A DNA stretch of 64,000 nucleotides, taken from a virus. The notes beneath the pieces are model-generated. The model saw only the letters and a list, made by a program, of their open reading frames with translations. It made no database searches and had not been told where the DNA came from. The DNA lies in IMG/VR virus record IMGVR_UViG_3300031227_000013. One strand, given 5' to 3'. This document shows positions 25,010 through 34,629 of this stretch, one piece after another. Each line of letters starts with the position of its first letter. Position 1 is the first letter of the stretch. The position numbers were made by a program, and so were the translations under genes.

Positions 25010-25111
25010 ATATCATATATCCTTTCTGGTTAATGGTTAAGATGGATGGGCAGCACTTACTTATATCTTTTCCGTTAGTTTAACGTTTTTAGAGACCACC
25101 CATCCAAAAAG

Positions 25112-26233
25112 TTATGAACTGTTAAACTCCTCTATGTTTTTTGAGTCATTACTCCTACTTATGAGTACGTTATCTATTCCCAATGTACTGGAAATAAATG
25201 TAATGAAGTCTGACTCATTATTACATCGTAGGAAACAACCTTTATAATAAAGACAATACTCCGACAGATGGTCGAGACATGTTACTACCAATGTCCGGGA
25301 ACCTGCGTTACGAATAACATCATCTTTATTAATAGCATACTCGAGCATAGACACATCGAGTATAGCTCTTCGAAACTCCCCCTGATACTTACCTGTTTGG
25401 TTTGTTTCCAGGGGGTCTGTCAATATATTATGTTTGATATCTTCCTTAGACATAAATCCGTTACCGTGCCTGGTCTGATAGGCTCTGGTTACCAGATATA
25501 TATGAAAGTCGGATGAACCTTGTATAGCGACAGCATTCTTACTTCCCGTGTTTGAACGTGTGACATTCGGGAAAAACCCAAAGTTCTGATCCAGTAGTAA
25601 TCCCTGTGACCCCTCGTAAATAGTAGAAGAATACTCAGGCATCTCGTGGACCAGTTTTATATCATCACATCTTGCTATCTTCTCACAGCTTTCATAGAAT
25701 GCAGTGAGAGAATATGTATCTCTTTTCTTAGTCATGTAATAATGTGCGATGAGACGAATTCTTTTTTTTAGAATCTCCGGATAGAACAAATCCATGAAAG
25801 TTAAGGAATAATGATCCTCTTCTCTCTGGAAAGTCTGCCCTACTCCAACACCACACGAACCATGCTTATTGACCTCTTCTGTTTCTCTGTTACTTCCTAT
25901 ATCATTAGGAGTAGTCACAGGACACTTGGCATCTATATAAATTACAGGCTTCAAACCTTTACTCTTAAGTAATTCATATTCTACCATCAAACCTACAGGC
26001 TCCACTGTACAATACTTAGACCAGTATGTAGGTAATCCCCTGAAAGTACCCGAACCGAAATTAGAGAATACATGTCTAAAATCCCCGGATACAACAGTAT
26101 GCCCAGCTTGGTGACCCCCTGAAAACCTAATGTTGAGGGCTTTAGTGGAAAACCAGGAATGAGCTAAGTAGTCTGTCACCAGACCCTTAGCTTCATCCCC
26201 TGCTCCCAGCCCCACGACGAGGCTACTGATCAC
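25112..26233 (-). CDS. Adenylosuccinate synthetase (PurA)-like protein
   Basis: GLGAGDEAKG, RFSGGHQAGHT, GSCGVG, EGSQGLLLD, TRHGNG and TCLD motifs. Confidence 0.85.
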   Translation of the reverse strand: MISSLVVGLGAGDEAKGLVTDYLAHSWFSTKALNIRFSGGHQAGHTVVSGDFRHVFSNFGSGTFRGLPTYWSKYCTVEPVGLMVEYELLKSKGLKPVIYIDAKCPVTTPNDIGSNRETEEVNKHGSCGVGVGQTFQREEDHYSLTFMDLFYPEILKKRIRLIAHYYMTKKRDTYSLTAFYESCEKIARCDDIKLVHEMPEYSSTIYEGSQGLLLDQNFGFFPNVTRSNTGSKNAVAIQGSSDFHIYLVTRAYQTRHGNGFMSKEDIKHNILTDPLETNQTGKYQGEFRRAILDVSMLEYAINKDDVIRNAGSRTLVVTCLDHLSEYCLYYKGCFLRCNNESDFITFISSTLGIDNVLISRSNDSKNIEEFNSS

Positions 26234-27090
26234 AGGATAATTTCAGGTTCTGCAGTAGGTGCTGCTACAGGCGCTGAAAGAACTTCTTCAGCAACAGCCC
26301 CTTTACTGACAATACCACTTATAATAGAAGAGACATCATCCTTATTCTCCACTATTATTAGATTATCCTGCATCAGCTGTTTCCAGCGGTCTATAACAAT
26401 TTGTCTCGCACCGGAGGTTGTTTCCTTGATATGCAGATGATACACGTTATATGTTTTACGTGCTTCATCCAACAATTCAAGACTTGTGAAGCTTTCACAC
26501 TGCTTCAGCCCCATTATGGTCTTGATACTTCGGCTAGGGATATTGTCTAAGACATGTTCATCCCCGATTGTAAATAGAAACCCCTTCTTCTGGCGTTTCT
26601 CGAAACAGTCAAGAGCAGTATGCTTCGCAGCGAAATACCAAGCGAGCATATAACTCTCCCCATCGTTACCACCACCTCCGCCTTCGAGGTAGATAGTTGT
26701 CAGCCATTTGTCGAGCAGTTCATCACTCGATTCAAATTGACCGACTTGCAGAGGCGCTTGGTCGCACTCGTGATCTCCAATACCCAGAAAGAGTAGTTGA
26801 GGATCCTCGATACCGGACTTTATGATACTATCCATGATATCAGGTAAGCCTTGCTTTACCAGAGCGTGCGGGATAGATCCCATAGACCCTGTTACATCCA
26901 GAGCCAGTATAATGGGTACGCTGTTTGGATGTTCTTGTGAATCCCGAGACTCTCTCAGTTTTATTCCGCCTGGGTCCATTGCATTGTTAATAGACCTGCT
27001 CTGAAATAACTCCTGGGAAGACTTTGTTGTGTATCCCAGAGAAGCTGAGCGAGTCATCCTATTTCTTGTAGAATAACCTCCGCCACCCAT
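26230..27090 (-). CDS. vWA domain protein
   Basis: MIDAS DVTGSMG; GIGD, EGGGGG, FTIGDE. Confidence 0.85.
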   Translation of the reverse strand: MGGGGYSTRNRMTRSASLGYTTKSSQELFQSRSINNAMDPGGIKLRESRDSQEHPNSVPIILALDVTGSMGSIPHALVKQGLPDIMDSIIKSGIEDPQLLFLGIGDHECDQAPLQVGQFESSDELLDKWLTTIYLEGGGGGNDGESYMLAWYFAAKHTALDCFEKRQKKGFLFTIGDEHVLDNIPSRSIKTIMGLKQCESFTSLELLDEARKTYNVYHLHIKETTSGARQIVIDRWKQLMQDNLIIVENKDDVSSIISGIVSKGAVAEEVLSAPVAAPTAEPEIIL

Positions 27091-27461
27091 TACTGACTCC
27101 CTCCAAACAGACTATTATATCTATCCTGAGCAATTCCGAGTTTGATCTCATCATTTCTGATTTTTACGCCTAACTCTATATCTTTAGCGCAAAACTCTGA
27201 AGAATCAAAGTCACTGGCAAGCACAAGACTCTGAGCTGTTGTAGGAGACAGATCCATCATGTTCTCCCGCTCCCTTTTCATTTTTCGTATGTTTATTTCG
27301 AGATCTTCAATAGTTCTCTTGTAGATTGTCTGAGTATCTTCGCTAATACTCTCAGCCCGATCTGCCCTTATTTGTTTATTATTCCTTTTTAAGGACTGTA
27401 TGAAAGCTCCCTCTGTCAGTGCTGCTCCTGTATCAGGTACTACGATTATTTCTTCTGGCAT
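27090..27461 (-). CDS. Helical hypothetical protein coupled to the vWA gene
   Basis: 123-aa ORF, 1-nt start/stop overlap. Confidence 0.7.
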   Translation of the reverse strand: MPEEIIVVPDTGAALTEGAFIQSLKRNNKQIRADRAESISEDTQTIYKRTIEDLEINIRKMKRERENMMDLSPTTAQSLVLASDFDSSEFCAKDIELGVKIRNDEIKLGIAQDRYNSLFGGSQ

Positions 27462-27494
27462 GTTACTTTCTCCTTGTTTGTTAAGGTTAATGTT

Positions 27495-27830
27495 TTATCT
27501 AGAATCCATTAAATATCGAAAACGATCTCTTTTAGAAGCAGTTTCAGGATCGTTTTCCGATATCATCCGGTGCCCCTGTGACAATCTTATTCCCCAACTC
27601 CCCATTTTTCCCGGAGGATCTGCGGAAGGTATTCCACCGTGTTTCCAGCAATATGAAACAGGGGTTTCCATATCATATGTCTTCTGGAAGGATTTGTTTT
27701 TCTTTAAGCACTCCATACAGAGTCTGCCCGTATATTTGTACTTAAGATAATTTGGGATGTGTTTATTACATTCCCCACAATACACCTCCCCTGGAATTTC
27801 CAGCTCAGTTACAGGCGAAATATTCTTCAT
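27495..27830 (-). CDS. Small Cys-rich hypothetical protein
   Basis: CGEC...CMEC...CWKH. Confidence 0.5.
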   Translation of the reverse strand: MKNISPVTELEIPGEVYCGECNKHIPNYLKYKYTGRLCMECLKKNKSFQKTYDMETPVSYCWKHGGIPSADPPGKMGSWGIRLSQGHRMISENDPETASKRDRFRYLMDSR

Positions 27831-27981
27831 CTAACCGCCCGTTGAGTACTAATCTCTCTATTTTGCTTTCACAACAGACCTCAGGTATTATCTGTAAAGG
27901 ACCTCTTTCGTCCTCTCTGCGTAACTTTGCTTCTTCCGGACTCACCATCAATTGTGTCGCCCATTCCATAATCTTCTCCTC

Positions 27982-28278
27982 TTAATTAATTTGATTTTTA
28001 ACTTCTGTGATAAATATTAATGAAAACTCTCTGTTAGTCAGGTGGAACCAACTGAATATATCATCCTTCAGAAACATAACAGCAACACAGCCCTTCTTGG
28101 GTCTACATGCTAATCGTTCTGAAGGATGATATCCGATAGCATACTTTCTTAAAGTATGCTTTTTGTTTATTAAGTTACTTTCCCTGCAGACACATCCGAA
28201 CATAGCCCGGACATCGCACCGTCTCCAACGAAGCCAGTGAAAACTATCAGCAGGTATCAAGCTTAGCGATTCTGTCAT
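27982..28278 (-). CDS. Hypothetical protein
   Basis: 98-aa co-oriented ORF. Confidence 0.5.
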   Translation of the reverse strand: MTESLSLIPADSFHWLRWRRCDVRAMFGCVCRESNLINKKHTLRKYAIGYHPSERLACRPKKGCVAVMFLKDDIFSWFHLTNREFSLIFITEVKNQIN

Positions 28279-28744
28279 ACATCACTTCCAAATCTTGATT
28301 TAGATTACCGCTGTATATCAACCTGCAGTATCTGAAATTTAAACCAATATCGTTACCCCTCTTAAAGAGGTCATCCACAATAGAAGGCTTTTTTGTCAGG
28401 ATAATTATTTCATCCCCTGAGAAACACCTGCCTATTATATTTGTCTCGATAAAGGGACTGAACAAATCCCTGAATTTTTCATTGACGTTAAGATATCCCC
28501 AAGTTGTATTAAGGATAGATACATCGAAGAAATCCATTAAAATGAGTTGATAGCCAAAGAAGTCTCCCCCTTCGGCTAGTTTATATTCAAACCCGTTCCG
28601 GGTAAGGATTCCGAAGGCTTTGTCCTGACATAGATTATCTATAAGATCCTTACAAACTTCGCACTCCACTATTAAGTTCCTCCACTTTATTTGAGTAGAA
28701 AATACACACATCGAGGCAGCTTTCCCGACATATACGATTCTCAA
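28247..28744 (-). CDS. Hypothetical protein (true start probably downstream)
   Basis: 165-aa ORF overlapping the end of the radical SAM gene. Confidence 0.45.
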   Translation of the reverse strand: MRIVYVGKAASMCVFSTQIKWRNLIVECEVCKDLIDNLCQDKAFGILTRNGFEYKLAEGGDFFGYQLILMDFFDVSILNTTWGYLNVNEKFRDLFSPFIETNIIGRCFSGDEIIILTKKPSIVDDLFKRGNDIGLNFRYCRLIYSGNLNQDLEVMYDRIAKLDTC

Positions 28745-29648
28745 TTGTTCTGTTTGCTTTAACCCATTCCAGACGCTCCCTGCGTATCTGGGTCATTGTC
28801 TTACCCTGAACAGTGCCTATGGGTTCAGCCCCTTCCCGCATAGCAATAATGCATGGGAAGTGATAGTTACCGGCAATCGCCATATCGTCCAGAGCTAACC
28901 AGCATCTGTCACAATCAGTATCCTTTATTCCCCTGACATTGTTATTATTACAATAATTTTCTACCCTATACTTGAGGATAGGGTAGTCTGTAATATTAAC
29001 TCCAGTGTCTAATAGAAGATTTTTTATATCTTCTTTAGAATTCCACTGTGCTGAGGATACTATTCTTATATCCTTAACTCCCAGAGAAGCCGCGAACTTG
29101 ATAATATCAAGAAGCTCTCCTAGATTATCCTCTGTCATTACCACCCCTACTGTTACATAGGTATGCTCCGACAGGAATTTGATATTCTCCTTTACGATAT
29201 CCCACGAGCCTTGTACACCTCCGGACATCATATCCCCCGTAGAAGCACAGCATGCATCCAGGGATATAGAGAAATCATTGACTCCGGCATTCAGCAGCTC
29301 TTCATATAGGGCTGTTTCTGCAGAACCGTTCGTTGAGATTGCTATCCTCCCCACTCCTCTAGCCCGAGTGTGTCTTACAAGCTTAGGAAGATACTCAACC
29401 ATAGTAGGTTCTCCACCGGAGAAACGAATATTCTTAAGTCGGTGAGAAGACCATAAGTCAACAACATGCTTGGCTTCCTCATCAGTCAATTCTCCCTTGG
29501 TGTATCCATTTGATCCCCTACAGTACGGACAGGAGAAATTACATTTGTCCGTTAACAAAAGCTCACATCTCCAGAGCGGGCTGTCTAAAGAAACATTTGC
29601 AGCCCTTCTATCCTCCAGAGTATAAAACCCAATCTCCTCCAGTTTCAT
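28650..29648 (-). CDS. Radical SAM protein (MoaA/NifB-like N-terminus)
   Basis: CNFSCPYC, FSGGEPT, ISTNG, ISLD; C-terminal Cys cluster. Confidence 0.9.
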   Translation of the reverse strand: MKLEEIGFYTLEDRRAANVSLDSPLWRCELLLTDKCNFSCPYCRGSNGYTKGELTDEEAKHVVDLWSSHRLKNIRFSGGEPTMVEYLPKLVRHTRARGVGRIAISTNGSAETALYEELLNAGVNDFSISLDACCASTGDMMSGGVQGSWDIVKENIKFLSEHTYVTVGVVMTEDNLGELLDIIKFAASLGVKDIRIVSSAQWNSKEDIKNLLLDTGVNITDYPILKYRVENYCNNNNVRGIKDTDCDRCWLALDDMAIAGNYHFPCIIAMREGAEPIGTVQGKTMTQIRRERLEWVKANRTIENRICRESCLDVCIFYSNKVEELNSGVRSL

Positions 29649-30115
29649 ACTTCTCCTTTTTGATTTAAATAATATTCAAATATTAATAATTTATCTCTTA
29701 ATCGATTTGCTTTTAGTTGCATAACTTTTGGTGTTCTATTTGAACGACAGTTTGTCAATATACAAGTATCACAAATATCACTATTAACATTGGAGCAATT
29801 ATTATTAATAAACTGCTCCATGAACTTATCTAGACAGGTACGGCAAGTATATTCCTCTGTCTGTATCCATGACCCCTTGTTATTTATCCAATCAAATGGC
29901 TTATCGCTTGCTTCCCAGCTGTATGCTATGTCCCCTGTTTGACCACACTTATTACAGGTCATATAATACGTGTGGTCAGATTCATCTAATATTCTCCATT
30001 CAATTTTTGGTGGTTTCATTACCCCTATTTTCATACCCCCCCCCTCCTTTTTAAAGATTAAAGTAAAATAAATACCGCTGGATTCCCAGACGCATTTGGA
30101 CTGCACGACCTTCAT
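29645..30115 (-). CDS. Cys-rich hypothetical protein (start uncertain)
   Basis: CNKC, CRTC, CDTC motifs. Confidence 0.45.
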   Translation of the reverse strand: MKVVQSKCVWESSGIYFTLIFKKEGGGMKIGVMKPPKIEWRILDESDHTYYMTCNKCGQTGDIAYSWEASDKPFDWINNKGSWIQTEEYTCRTCLDKFMEQFINNNCSNVNSDICDTCILTNCRSNRTPKVMQLKANRLRDKLLIFEYYLNQKGEV

Positions 30116-30280
30116 ATTCAGTGGGTTCCTATAGCGCCATAACTGAATAGATCCGGTATTTAAAGATTGAACGGCTTTACCCAGAGACCGAAAACTCCGT
30201 GACGCTACTTAGTCGACCTTTCGCGACATCCCGATTTAAGCATCGTTGAGAGGCTTAGGAGGTTAAAACCCTACGTTAGT

Positions 30281-30317
30281 TATTATGCCAATAAACAGCC
30301 TTTAATTAAGCTAAAAA
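30281..30317 (-). promoter_or_regulatory. Bipartite promoter-like motif directly after a terminator
   Basis: TAG-CTTAA-N15-TGGCA-TAATA; terminator GAGAGAC/GTCTCTC at 30318-30337. Confidence 0.7.
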
Positions 30318-30444
30318 GAGAGACGAGAGGTCTCTCTTTCCGGACCCCCGTTCGAAGGCCCTAAACACTAACAATTCAACTTTTCCGCTGTTCTCACATA
30401 CGGCTAGTATTCCCAGCGGAAAGGAACCTAACCTAGAAAACAAC

Positions 30445-30654
30445 CTAGGCTGTTTTCTGAATCTTCTTCATATCGGGAACACTTCTGGTCCCGACATTTA
30501 CGATAGCCCAGTAGTTCGGAAATCTCCGAACAAGCTTACGGACTTTACGTAATTTATTCTTCACTCGTTGGTTGCGGGAATTATATCCCATGTGAGAAGC
30601 CTTGCGCTTCTCTCTCCCTATCTTACGTGAGGAACCACCACTACTACCTGGCAT
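30445..30654 (-). CDS. Small, highly basic protein
   Basis: 69 aa, Lys/Arg-rich; AAGGAG RBS. Confidence 0.6.
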   Translation of the reverse strand: MPGSSGGSSRKIGREKRKASHMGYNSRNQRVKNKLRKVRKLVRRFPNYWAIVNVGTRSVPDMKKIQKTA

Positions 30655-30838
30655 AAGTCTCCTTGGTTAAGGGGTTTCTGTAATTTCAGGCTCATCAACA
30701 GCCCGTCTATGCTCCAGCTCCTTATCTATAAGATAAAGACGCTCTTTACTTTTTTCGATAACATCTGCGGAATACTTAACTCTCAATCCCATAAGTTCCG
30801 CTACCGGCATTGCTTTTAAACTATTCATACTTGTTTCA

Positions 30839-32017
30839 CTACCCCTCCTGACTAGTACTAAGTTCTTTGTCTTTAAACTTAAGAATCTTTAACAGATTCT
30901 TAGCGAATATCTTCAGACCTTTCAGAGCTGTATAATTATCTACATAATCTCTGAACGATGAAGCCCTTCCGTCATACATCTCAAACATCAGAGCAGGACA
31001 TGTCATGCTTTTAACTATCATAGCGTATTCTTTACGCCCCAGCTTATTATTAAGATCTTCCTGTATGTACAACGTGTCATTATTTATCCTTAACAAGTAC
31101 TCGTCGTACACTTTCTTAAGAGGATTAAACAAGGGCATGAACTCAGGAAAATAAGAAAGAAATTCCTGTTCCTCCCCTAGAATAATCAACTGCAGGATAC
31201 ATCTCATACTGGCTCCCCCATGGTCTTTCATATGGGCTATTGCCACATGTGCTGGATTCTTGACTTTAAGCCGGGCGAAATTACCCTGCTCTCTCTTGTT
31301 GTAATTGACGACTACAAAACCTTCCTCTGTAGCTTCCATATCTTTATGCATCTGCAGTAACTCTTCAATGTTATCGAAGTTGTATAACTTGGGAAGCTTG
31401 ACAGTCGGTATATTAAGTCTACCATATTCTGACTGTATTTCCCTGTATTCAGACTCCTCGAAAGAAGATGCATCCCGCATGCCTAATAGATATAGTGTGT
31501 CTTCTTCGTACACCCGAACTACTTTGTTGTCCAGAGAAACCAGTTCGAATATATAGATGTATTCTTTGTTAAATCTATCGTAATACTTTGTATCCCTCAG
31601 AGTTCTTTCAAACAGGCTCTTAAAGGTTATATCATTAAACATCACCTGTCCTCTGCCTTCAATGCTGGAACGAGTCGACATATACCATCTGTCATGTCTA
31701 TGGAATAACGATATTATAGACCCATCTATCTTCTCCTGAGCTACAGCCCCGTTAAAATTAAAGCTGTCTGTTATCTCCAGCATCTCACCCTTATTAAAGA
31801 ATCTCCGGAATGCCATAGACACCAGATCCCATGTATCCTGTTCCAGTATCAGAGACCGGCACTCCTGTACTATAGTATTTGATTTAACGGAATTTATTTG
31901 AGAATAATTTAATATTATCATATCTTCATAGAGACCGAACTTAATCCCCAACTCCTCTTTTAACTCCTCCGGCGTTTTACCGCTACGAAGGTACTTCTGT
32001 ACTTCCAGTTCTTTCAT
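30839..32017 (-). CDS. rnlA: RNA ligase 1 (T4 RnlA-like)
   Basis: CRSLIL, AFRRFFN, motif I EKIDGS, FELVS, EGFVV, LKVKN. Confidence 0.88.
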   Translation of the reverse strand: MKELEVQKYLRSGKTPEELKEELGIKFGLYEDMIILNYSQINSVKSNTIVQECRSLILEQDTWDLVSMAFRRFFNKGEMLEITDSFNFNGAVAQEKIDGSIISLFHRHDRWYMSTRSSIEGRGQVMFNDITFKSLFERTLRDTKYYDRFNKEYIYIFELVSLDNKVVRVYEEDTLYLLGMRDASSFEESEYREIQSEYGRLNIPTVKLPKLYNFDNIEELLQMHKDMEATEEGFVVVNYNKREQGNFARLKVKNPAHVAIAHMKDHGGASMRCILQLIILGEEQEFLSYFPEFMPLFNPLKKVYDEYLLRINNDTLYIQEDLNNKLGRKEYAMIVKSMTCPALMFEMYDGRASSFRDYVDNYTALKGLKIFAKNLLKILKFKDKELSTSQEG

Positions 32018-33174
32018 ACCTTATCCTCCTTAACTGCCACTGTATGTATTTTACATATATACGTCTGTTAAAATTAGATAATAGACACTCATTACATTCG
32101 ACCCCGGTACCACAATATTTAATGGTACACCCTATATCACGAGCCCTGTAAATTATATCTCCTACATCTGTATCTTCAAAAACCTCTAGTAGAAAATTAT
32201 GTATATCACGGAGGGATCCATCTGTAATTTTACACCCTTGGAACTCGTTCATAGTATATCCTCCTTTTCTGCCAGAGCATCCACTTTGTTAACTTACGTC
32301 TATTTCGTACATTAAATAAACAGTCTGCGCATGGAATGCAGTTGGGACAGTTCCTTATTGTACAGACCGTATGAACTAAGGACATTACCCCTTGGATACG
32401 ACCCTCTGATAAACTAAGGATAGCCTGCTTATAAGCTGGTTCAGATATCGCACATCCCTGAAACTCATTCATACCTTATCCTCCTTAATTGCCACTGTAT
32501 GTATTTTTTTAGAACAGATTTATTGGGTGTAAAAAATAGACATTTCGAACAGGCACAGCCCGGACAATTTGATGATGTACAGCCCTTATTTGTTATGTTA
32601 ACAAAAAAGTAATCATACTGTGAAATGTTATTTATACTTCTTAATAAATAGGAGCGTACATCCTTATAAGCTCCTTTAGATATTTTTAATCCCTGAAACT
32701 CATTCATTCTTTATCCTCCTCATCTGCCATTGAATCCACTTCTTAAATATATGTATATGATATGTATCGAGTAAACAACCTTTACAATTACTAGCGATAC
32801 ACGAATTCTGGATACATCCTACCCCCCTAAAATATTCAAGAGCTTCTTCTGATATATTACTAATATCTCTATGATTAATTGCTTCCAATATTCTCTTAAA
32901 ACTACATTCACTTATTATTAGTCCCTGAAACTCACTCATTCTTTATCCTCCTTATCTGCCACGCTATCCATTTTTTTAAAGCGGAATCATTACTTACAAA
33001 AAATAGACATTCAGAACAGGGACAACCTGGGCAATTTGGTAGTGTACAGCCCATCCTTGATAATGTAGCTGAAATGAATGTGTCCTTTGAAGCGTGATTC
33101 ATATGTTCTGATAAATAGGAGCTTACATCTTCATAAGCTCCTTTAGATATTATTAGTCCCTGAAACTCACTCAT
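31983..33174 (-). repeat. Tandem array of five Cys-rich paralogs (family B)
   Basis: ORFs 31983-32252, 32230-32472, 32465-32707, 32700-32939 and 32932-33174 all read M(N/S)EFQG...GC...C..C..CL(F/L)...K(W/Y)xxWQxRRIx(Y/N)E. Confidence 0.9.
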
Positions 33175-34207
33175 TATGTTTCAGCAGATATTTGTTATTG
33201 ATAACTTTAAAAGAAATAATATGTCCGTCTACCGGAAGCAATGCTTTGAATACAACTCCTTCGGGAGACGTCCCATTGTATCCTTTAACAGATGTCACCC
33301 ATGCATGCAGTTCATCAAACGCTTCGAAACGATCAAATACATACTCATCATCTATTATAGGTACATGCTGTATCTCTTCACCAGGCATCTGATTAAGTTT
33401 ATCCATTATCTCCAGACGCTCCTGCTTACATAGATAAGCATACTTGTCTATGTCAAAGATATCATATACAAACATATTATGTCCCTTAAGTTTACATCGG
33501 TTACTCTGTATTCCTTCTCCGCAGAGTTCCGCCTGTACCATAAGGTTCCTGTTAAGCTTACACATCCGTTCTTCCATATCCAGTCTACGTGCTACTTCCC
33601 AGAATGTGTTACCTTCTGTTTCTTTAAGCTCACGAGTACGGGAACATACTCCGAACTCACCATCCCTGCAATATAGAGAAAGACTCGACCCGTCCATCTT
33701 TAGTGTGCGCTCCCAGCCCACTCCTTTCATAGTATCAAAATACTCCAAAAAATTCTGAATACGAGGTTGCTCAGAGTTATGTAACCAGCTCGGAAAACTT
33801 CCTTTTACTTCTCCGGATAACTGTGCTGATAAAGGTGGCTCATATAACTTAACCCCTAGAAGTTCCGTCGCATCAAATCCCACACCATATCCACGCAATT
33901 CCTCAAAATCCTCCAGAGGAAGTAATAACCCCTGTGAGATTTGTTTACGGAGAGCTATGGTTCTTAGTCTGAACCCACCTACCCCATTCATTTCTCTGTA
34001 ACAGCCCTTCCTTAAAAATTCATATCGGGGCTCTTCAGGCAAAAAAGAATCAATTTCCATAAACACTCCATATTCAGAAGCTTTAAGATCTCCCTTCTTA
34101 ATAACACACTGCCATGCTTTACCCTTAAGCGTAGCCATTTCAATAAAATCAGCCCCCGCGATAGGCTTTACTTCTTCGACCTGTACAATACTAGCTAGTG
34201 TCCTCAT
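33167..34207 (-). CDS. RNA ligase, Rnl2-related (DRB0094 family)
   Basis: MRTLASI N-terminus, EIDSFLP, motif I LKMDGSS, QAELCG, EGVVFK, FKVINNKYL. Confidence 0.88.
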   Translation of the reverse strand: MRTLASIVQVEEVKPIAGADFIEMATLKGKAWQCVIKKGDLKASEYGVFMEIDSFLPEEPRYEFLRKGCYREMNGVGGFRLRTIALRKQISQGLLLPLEDFEELRGYGVGFDATELLGVKLYEPPLSAQLSGEVKGSFPSWLHNSEQPRIQNFLEYFDTMKGVGWERTLKMDGSSLSLYCRDGEFGVCSRTRELKETEGNTFWEVARRLDMEERMCKLNRNLMVQAELCGEGIQSNRCKLKGHNMFVYDIFDIDKYAYLCKQERLEIMDKLNQMPGEEIQHVPIIDDEYVFDRFEAFDELHAWVTSVKGYNGTSPEGVVFKALLPVDGHIISFKVINNKYLLKHNE

Positions 34208-34229
34208 AATATTCCTTTATAGTTAAATT

Positions 34230-34255
34230 AAAAAAAGAGGAGTAAACTCCTCTTT
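34230..34255 (-). terminator. Intrinsic terminator
   Basis: AAAGAGGAG-TAAA-CTCCTCTTT with T run. Confidence 0.75.
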
Positions 34256-34510
34256 AATGTTGTATAAGCCTCTAATTAGATTAAGAGGCTGATTTTACTG
34301 TTAGGCCTGTTCTGCAGGTTTAGAAAACCAAGATTTTACAATCCCGACACCACTGAATACACAGAAAACAACCCCTACGAGGGCGTAGACGCTCAAAATT
34401 ACCACTTCGAGTATAGCTTTTGTCTTCATCATAGTACTTCCCCTGTTCGTATATTTCACATATTCCTTTTCCGGATGAAAAAGAACACACGAGATATACT
34501 TTATCTCTAA

Positions 34511-34542
34511 TATATAGTGACAAAAAAAGGGCAAAAATTAAG
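34511..34542 (-). promoter_or_regulatory. Variant of the bipartite promoter motif, directly after a terminator
   Basis: CTTAA-N15-TGTCA-CTATA with the same spacing; terminator CTCTCTCC/GGGAGAGAG-TTTT at ~34544-34579. Confidence 0.55.
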
Positions 34543-34629
34543 CAAAAAAAACTCTCTCCCTGGAGGACAAGGAGAGAGAAACAACAAAGGAAAGTAACAA
34601 TTAAGTTACCTCGTTCTTATCATAATGTG

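Noticed and set aside
25044-25105. tRNA-like element (GGATGGG/CCCATCC stem plus A)
   Set aside because: It is a 10-bp stem closing ~42 nt with only one small hairpin; no D, anticodon or T arms could be assigned.
25112-26233. PurZ (2-aminoadenine DNA pathway)
   Set aside because: It retains Asp in GDEAKG where PurZ has Ser, and no dATPase or MazZ-like partners are recognisable nearby.
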